Assembly (NCBI GenBank): GCA_004431415.1
Contig: QPMI01000477.1
Span: 248,001 to 312,000 of the forward strand
Length of the DNA stretch: 64,000 bases
Source: Cyanophora paradoxa CCMP329
Lineage: Eukaryota > Plantae > Glaucophyta
Reading direction: 5' to 3'
Shown here: positions 57,537 to 64,000 of the stretch, piece by piece
Position numbering within the stretch: position 1 is the first letter of the stretch
Layout of the letters: every line of letters starts with the position of its first letter
The notes under the pieces: model-generated
What the model saw: only the letters and a program-made list of their open reading frames with translations
Database searches by the model: none
What the model was told of the DNA's origin: nothing
Translations under genes and position numbers: made by a program

Positions 57537-60500
57537 ATGCCCCGAATTAGCAACAGACTTATTAGAGAAAAGAAATGGGAACTCATGGGATTACTGGGAA
57601 CACTGTATGCAGCCCATGAAATTACAGAGGCTGAATATGACCGGGAAATCGGATTTATTTCAAGGGGGAGACCCACTTTGTCCAAATTAACCAGAAAAGC
57701 CAATAACCTCTATGATAAAGTTGAGACTCTTGATGAACTGGATCGCCTGAGGCAAATAGAACCAGAGGCAGAAGATGGCACAGCCATGAATGAATTATAT
57801 CGCTGGCTCACATACAGAGCCAGAAGGGAAGTTGTGGTAGATGTGATTGAATATTTAGATAGAATTGCAACCTCTCTACCAAAACGTTTAAGGGATAGTC
57901 TGGATCAATTCAGGGCAATCAAAGTTCGCTTGTCGTTTATCTGCAAGTTCGTTAAAGTCAGCAATCCACAGGTTTGGATATCGAAATACATTTACAGCGA
58001 TTATTTTGTATTAACTAAATCGAGAAATATTCGAACTGAGCTGAATAAAGCAGCCCAAATGTGTCAGGAGCAGATGAATGTGGTTGATAGCTATCGATTG
58101 GAGAGAATCGAAATGCTAAGAGTTGCTATTATGAGTTATGCCCCAACTGGTGGCTGCTATGTTAAAACACCAGAATCAATTGCAGCTAAGAAAGCCACAG
58201 TGAATATTCGAAATATTGATGATTCTTGCTTCGAAAATGCCATTTTGGCATGGATCCATAGGAAAGATGTAAATTCCCACAAGAGAAGTGAGCTTACACA
58301 ATATCGCAAATGGAAATACTCACCAACCACATACAATCCTTTGGCTCTCAATTTCGACAATATCCCATTCCCTGTTCCTTGTGATGCTGAAATCATTGAT
58401 AAATTCGAAGCTCAAAATGCAGGCATTAGCATAAACATCTTTGGAATGGATGGAGATGTTATATATCCACTGCATCAATCCAGCAACCCAGGCAGAAAGC
58501 AAAAGATTAATCTCATGCTCATTCATGATGATGAAGGGAATGGTCACTATATTACAATCATGTCCCTTTCAAGACTTCTCAGAGTTGCCCTTGATAAAAC
58601 CAAGGATCAAAAGTTACACTACTGTGATACATGCTTATCTCGATTCAGGTCTGAGCTAAACTCACTGCTCATGTGGACTCAAACAGATGCATTGATTGGA
58701 GACTCTCAAAGGGAATCACCCTAACCTGAGACCACCATAGAGTTTGGACTGAAAAACCTCAGGAAAACTGTTGGCTTCCTGTTGTGGTTTACTGCAAGAT
58801 TGAACATAGAAGCATCCCCATGATGCATCAAATCCAAGCGGGAAGTCTCAGCAGTGAACCTTAGAGTAGTCACTGGGGAAGATGTTCAAGATTTTCGATT
58901 TGAGGGTCAGGATCCAATGGGAGGTCTGTTTGAATGCTTGGAATCAAAGCAAGAGAGCTGATCGATTCCTGTTACCAATATTCCATGAATGAACTCACAG
59001 ATGAGCAAAAGCATTTACAGAGCTACAAACACTGTTACCTTTGCAGTGAGAGGTTCACAAGGAGAACTTCAAATGCAGAGATCATGATCACCACACAGGT
59101 CATTACATTGCACCTGCATGCAGAAACTGCAATCTCATAGGAGAATCTCAAAGCAAACAAAGTTGCAGTGGTTGTTGACCAAATGGATGACTGTGGGACA
59201 TTCATTTTCAGAAAAATAGCAGGCATGGGTGATAAAAAGCGAATCGAAATCCTTTCGAAAAACTTTGATCAATACCTGTCATTGCAATGGGGTCTTTACA
59301 AGTTCATTGATGCAAGCAATTTCATGGATTTGGAGCTGCTGATGTAGATGAGTTAATGAACAAATTCCAGGCTTTAGAAGGCTTTCACACTCAGTATATG
59401 GACTTGACCCAGTTCATTATGTATCTGCCCTGGGTTATCTTGGGATGCTATGTTAAGGACCACCAAGGCAAAAATAGAGCTTATAAGTGATGTAGAGCAA
59501 TACGAATTTGTTGAGAGGGGAATCAGGGGTGGCTTTGCAACAATGCCTTGTAGGTATGCTGAGGCTGATGGTGAAAACTCCCATTATGCTGTTTGATGCT
59601 AACAACTTGTATGGCTACTGTTTGAGTCAGCCAATTCCAGTTGGTGATTTTAGATGGGAGACCGAATTCAACCCACAAGATAACAGATCCAGTTTCCTAG
59701 AAGTTGATCTGGATTACCCAATTAGGCTGTTTCTAGATCACAGTGATTTCCCCTAATTATTAACAAGAAAATAATAGATATGCCGAATTATCACAATATC
59801 AAAAGAGCCTATTAGATCTTTCAGGAGAAGAGCTTGATAAGACCCTAAGCTAACTGCAACCTTTGGTTCTGTGACAAACTATGTATTTCTGAGCCTCTTC
59901 TGCAATATCTGTTGGACAAAGGGGTGAAATTAAAGAAAGTTCACAGGGTCCTATCATTTACTGTGGCTCCTGTAATGAAACCCTATATTGAGCTGAATAC
60001 TGACATGAGAAGGAAAGCAGTGAATAAATTCGAGGCTGATTTCTATAAACTCATGAATAACTCAATCTATGGGAAATGCATTGAATCTTGCAGAGGTAGA
60101 TCTGTGGTTAAGATTGCAAACAGTGAGAAACTATTTATGAAATATGCAGCCTCTCCATTGGTGAAATCAACAAGCCCCATAAACGAAAAGGCTGTTGCTT
60201 TTGAGTTTTACACAAAGCATGTAAAGCTAGATAAGCCAGTTGCAATTGGGGCTTATGTTTTGGATGCAGCCAAACTGCATAATTACCAGTTCTTCTATGA
60301 TACTGTAAGGTCCCAATGGACAAAAGCAAAGTTACTATTCCATGATACTGACTCCTTCTGTCTATATATTGAATCTAAGACCTTACAAAAAGATATAGAG
60401 AATATATCTTATGCCTTGGACCTAGGGGGATCTAACAGAATGACCCCAGGTAAATACAAAAATGAAATGCCAGGTTCTGCTATATTGGAGTATGTGGGTC

Positions 60501-60755
60501 TCAGAGCAAAGTTTACAGTTTCAGAACTGCTGAGATTGAGAGGAGTAAGCTCTCTGGGACTTCAACTGAGGAACTCCAATTAATGATTTTAAGCAGTGTT
60601 TATTTGCAGGTATCAGCAAGACTGTGACTGCAAAGCAGAAAAGAAGGGCAGATCACACAATAATAGACACTGTGAGTAGAAGGGTTGCCCTAAACTGCTT
60701 TGATGCAAAGAGATACATCTTACCAGATGGTATTAATTCTGTTCCTTTTAATTAA
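57537..60755 (+). CDS. Protein-primed DNA polymerase B, multiply frameshifted, exonuclease motifs degenerate
   Basis: LFDANNLYG, LEVDLDYP, KLMNNSIYGK, LLFHDTDS and KRYILPDG; N-terminal NIDDSCFENA/GHYITI. Confidence 0.9.
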
Positions 60756-60758
60756 GAG

Positions 60759-62142
60759 ATGCCAGCAACTGGAAGAATAGTTAGGAGAACCACTGAGCAA
60801 CTGCAAGGTAACCTACTGCCCATCACAGTTCCAAAGGAGGAAAAGGGAGAATCTCGAATTGTTAAAAAGTCAGAGATGAAAGAGCTTGTCCCAGTAGAGA
60901 TCCCAGTTGCTATTGCAGTGAAAGAAACTAGCAAGATTGCCAAGAGATTCTATGATGTGAGGACTGGTTACAAAGGGCTTCAAGCTATGAGAGCTGAGTT
61001 ACCTGATGAATCCTATAAGCAGTTGCAAGAGTTCTATAAAAAACAAGAAGTTGTTCAGATCAATGCACCAGCTATATCTAGGAAGAGAGATCCCATGGTT
61101 CCAATTAGGCAGCCCCTTGATACCTATGTGATTGATTTGCTCTTTTTCCCAGCTTATAAGAAACAAAACAATGGTTATGATACATTTATGACTGCAATGG
61201 AATCCACACTAAGAACTGGGTATATTATACCTATAAGGGATAAATCAGCTCTCACTACATTGGCTGCATTTAAACAGCTTGAGATGAGAGTGGCAAGACC
61301 CATAGTAAAGGTTCAATCAGATGCTGGAAGTGAGTTCCAAAATCGAATATTCCAGGAGTATTTATCTAGTAAATACATAGAACACCAAGTGAGTGGAACT
61401 GCTGACCACAGAAGCCAAGGTCGAATTGAAGCCTTTAACAAACAGATTAAGAGATTGATTACAAACTACTGCATAGCCAATAATACAGCTAGATTCTTTG
61501 ATGTGTTAGGTGATATTGAGTATAATTACAATAATACAGTTCACTCAGCTACTAAGATGAAGCCAGGCGAAACTACAGAGGAGCATTATAGGTATATAGT
61601 GGGATTAGAAGATGAAAGATTCAAGAAATCAATAGCTTACCTTGATACCATGCAGCCTGGCATGTTTGTTAGAGTGAAAGTTGAGAAAATCCCTTTGCTA
61701 AACAGGGTAACAATTGGTCTAGGATGGTTTACACTGTTGATAGTAGGGAAGGCTTTAAGTTTAAGCTAAGGAGTCCCACTGGTGAGATCATAGAAAACAG
61801 GTTTGCTTTCCATGAGCTGTTGCCTGTGAATGCAGTTGAATATCTAGAAACCCCTACAGTGGATGCCTTAGAGCAAGCCAAGGAGGAAGCCAGGGTTGAT
61901 GCTGCTATAAGGAGAGAAGGCATAGAAGCTGCTAATGAAGTCCCAGATAAGCCTTTGATAGAGGCTAGAAGGAGAAGGCTGGGAAAGTTAACAGGGAACT
62001 CAAAAAGCTCACTATAGCAGGGACACAGAAACTTTCTGAGGTTAATAGCCAGAGATGGTATAATGACTTTCAGACTACTAAGGAGTCATATACAGCCCCT
62101 AAACCTCAGAGAACACTAAGAGAAAGGACCAAAACTAGCTAG
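60759..62142 (+). CDS. rve integrase (frameshifted C-terminus)
   Basis: YVIDLLFF, QSDAGSEF, GRIEAFNKQIK and YNNTVHSATKMKP. The tail continues through 61724-62017 and KVNRELKK..RTLRERTKTS*. Confidence 0.9.
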
Positions 62143-62394
62143 TTTGCTAGGCGAAAACTCGTTTTTTCCAAATATATGTATGACTGATATACATATATGC
62201 ACATGATATACACATAGTCTTGTAGATCTTATCAAGCGCTTCACAGCGATATGCAGAACGTTGCGTTTTGATGATCTGGTGATGAGATATAACAGTTTGA
62301 AGATGCCGATTATCGATTTTTCAAAATTTCGGCGAGATTTCTAAAATGATGCATCATAATGATGTAATAATAATGATGCATCATAAACATATAA

Positions 62395-62630
62395 TTATGT
62401 CACGGTGACTTTATTTGTCACCGATGACTTAATTTATTTGTGTGATTGTGTCACCAGTGACTTTAATTTGTCACAGGTGACTCTATTTTTTTTGTGATTG
62501 TGTCACCAGTGACTTAATTCCTTGTGTGATTTTGTCACCGGTGAGTTTAATTTGTCACCGATGACTTTAATTTGTCACGGTGAGTTTAATTTGTCACCGA
62601 TGACTTTAATTTGTCACCGGTGACTTATGA
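62395..62630. repeat. Subterminal tandem array of palindromic TGTCACCGGTGAC-like units
   Basis: About 10 copies of TTTGTCACC(G/A)(G/A)TGACTT. Confidence 0.85.
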
Positions 62631-62903
62631 TTATTATTATTAATATATATATATATACATAACAACAATGACGACATCGCCGTCATCGTCATGATCTCCC
62701 GAGTCACATGGTGTGTCATATATATCATATACATACGTCAAATCATGATGACGTCATTGAATGAAACCCATACAAAACACTAAAACGCATGTATCTCTTC
62801 ACCAACTCATCATCTGACAAAAACAAAAACAGATTCGGAATCCTCTTAACGAGGCCTGCGTGACGATGTAAGTATCATAGGCTCAATAATTCATTAATTT
62901 GTA

Positions 62904-63986
62904 AGCATCTCCCCTTGATTCCCCCTATTATATTATATTTATATTTAAGTGGACTCAAGGTTGACTCATATTAATCGTAAAAGTAGTAATAGTATATGGA
63001 TTTTGTTACGAATTCAATGCAAGGGTTGACTAAGTGGGTTGAGTTGACTCAAATTTCACAGGAAATAACAATGAATCAGAGTATAAATGAATTTTTTGAA
63101 TCAACTACACCAACTAACACTGATATTTTCAACAATATATGAGGTCCTTACTGAATATGGTAAGTGTCACAGGTGTCACAGGTCTATCCCAAAGTTTTCT
63201 ATAGCATACAAATGAACTCTCAAAAGTTTGGGATGGACCTGTGACACCTGTGACACCTGTGACACTCGATTATTTCATTTGTTTATTCAATTAGAATTAC
63301 ATAGATTAGATTGAGACTGAGTTTTTCATTATAAAAGAGATCCTTACTGAATATGGTAAGTGTCACAGGTGTCACAGGTCTATCCCAAAGTTTCTCCTAT
63401 AAAGAGTAAATTTCCAAAAGTTTGGGATGGACCTGTGACACCTGTGACACCCAATTATTCATCAAATTCCTAAGGGTCCCCCCTTAGACTCATTAAAACA
63501 TGATAATAACATATCAATTTCATGTATAATTACGATTGGATTCAATAAGAGATCTATTTGTTTTATTAAACAAATGAATCTTATATGGATCTTAATCGAG
63601 TTAAGCGATATGTTTACGATTAAATGAATTAAATTTAATTAAATTTAATCGAGAAAGTACATGAATATAATATCGATTAAATCAATTAACAAAAAGACCA
63701 ATCACACATAGTAAAATGCGGAGTTTTAACCAGAGGCAAGATCTAATTGAGATTCAGTTATATTATTCGGAATTTTATACAGATTATCGATAGACTCAGT
63801 AAGAATAATCGGAAAATAAGAGAAATTTACGATAAAATATCGAAAAGAATACAAAATAATCGAAATAATTGAATATTCGATAAGATATACACAGATTATC
63901 GATTGATTGAAATAGAATATACGAGATATATCAACAAAATCAATTAAGATAAGCCGAGGGTTAAAACTCCGCATTTTACTATGTGT
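62904..63986 (-). repeat. Right terminal inverted repeat of PLV-2
   Basis: AGCATCTCCCC...CTCCGCATTTTACTATGTGT. Confidence 0.95.
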
Positions 63987-64000
63987 GCGACAGGCTATAG

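Larger units (their letters stand above)
36522..63986. mobile_element. Complete endogenous Polinton-like virus PLV-2 (~27.5 kb)
   Basis: Bounded by ~1.06-kb imperfect TIRs; encodes pPolB, rve integrase, packaging ATPase, MCP, minor capsids and primase-helicase. Confidence 0.95.

Noticed and set aside
44758-62017. Programmed frameshifting, or certain pseudogenisation, of PLV-2 genes
   Set aside because: The breaks I could trace look like 1-nt deletions, often in homopolymers, and similar ones occur in the satellites. Long-read consensus error is at least as likely, and this cannot be settled without reads.
63726-63974. 82-aa ORF in the TIR (mirrored at ~36534-36782)
   Set aside because: AT-rich terminal module with biased composition and no motifs; probably non-coding.
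36522-63986. Classification as a mavirus-type virophage or canonical Maverick
   Set aside because: No adenain-like maturation protease was recognised, and the MCP is shorter than, and does not resemble, virophage MCPs as far as I can judge by eye.

Overview
Eukaryotic, GC-rich (probably protist or algal) repeat-rich DNA made almost entirely of nested mobile elements. From left to right: a 142-bp satellite (1-4.2 kb); a complete-ended non-autonomous Helitron (4878-8686, minus strand; C2H2 fingers plus a DUF6570-like fragment); and a ~501-bp satellite of ~16 copies. A second Helitron 3' end is joined directly to an AT-rich Polinton-like endogenous virus (PLV-1: rve integrase, pPolB, minor and major capsid). 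PLV-1 is interrupted by a GC-rich insert and then by a poly(A)-tailed non-LTR retrotransposon carrying RT, RNase H and a C-terminal Ulp1-type protease. That retrotransposon is interrupted by a complete ~27.5-kb Polinton-like virus (PLV-2, 36522-63986) with ~1.06-kb TIRs. PLV-2 encodes AdoMet decarboxylase, fibre-like proteins including a phage-type tail fibre with an S74 chaperone, a patatin-discoidin fusion, two minor capsids, MCP, packaging ATPase, primase-helicase, an apparently exonuclease-dead pPolB and an rve integrase. Standout observations: PLV-2 ends are 283-bp self-inverted modules with no 5-6 bp TSD; iteron-like palindromes occur in the TIRs and next to the helicase gene; CpG depletion appears context-specific; and a recurrent X-revcomp(X)-X 6-bp microinsertion signature occurs in host repeats. 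All family calls come from motif recognition by eye; no database searches were run.
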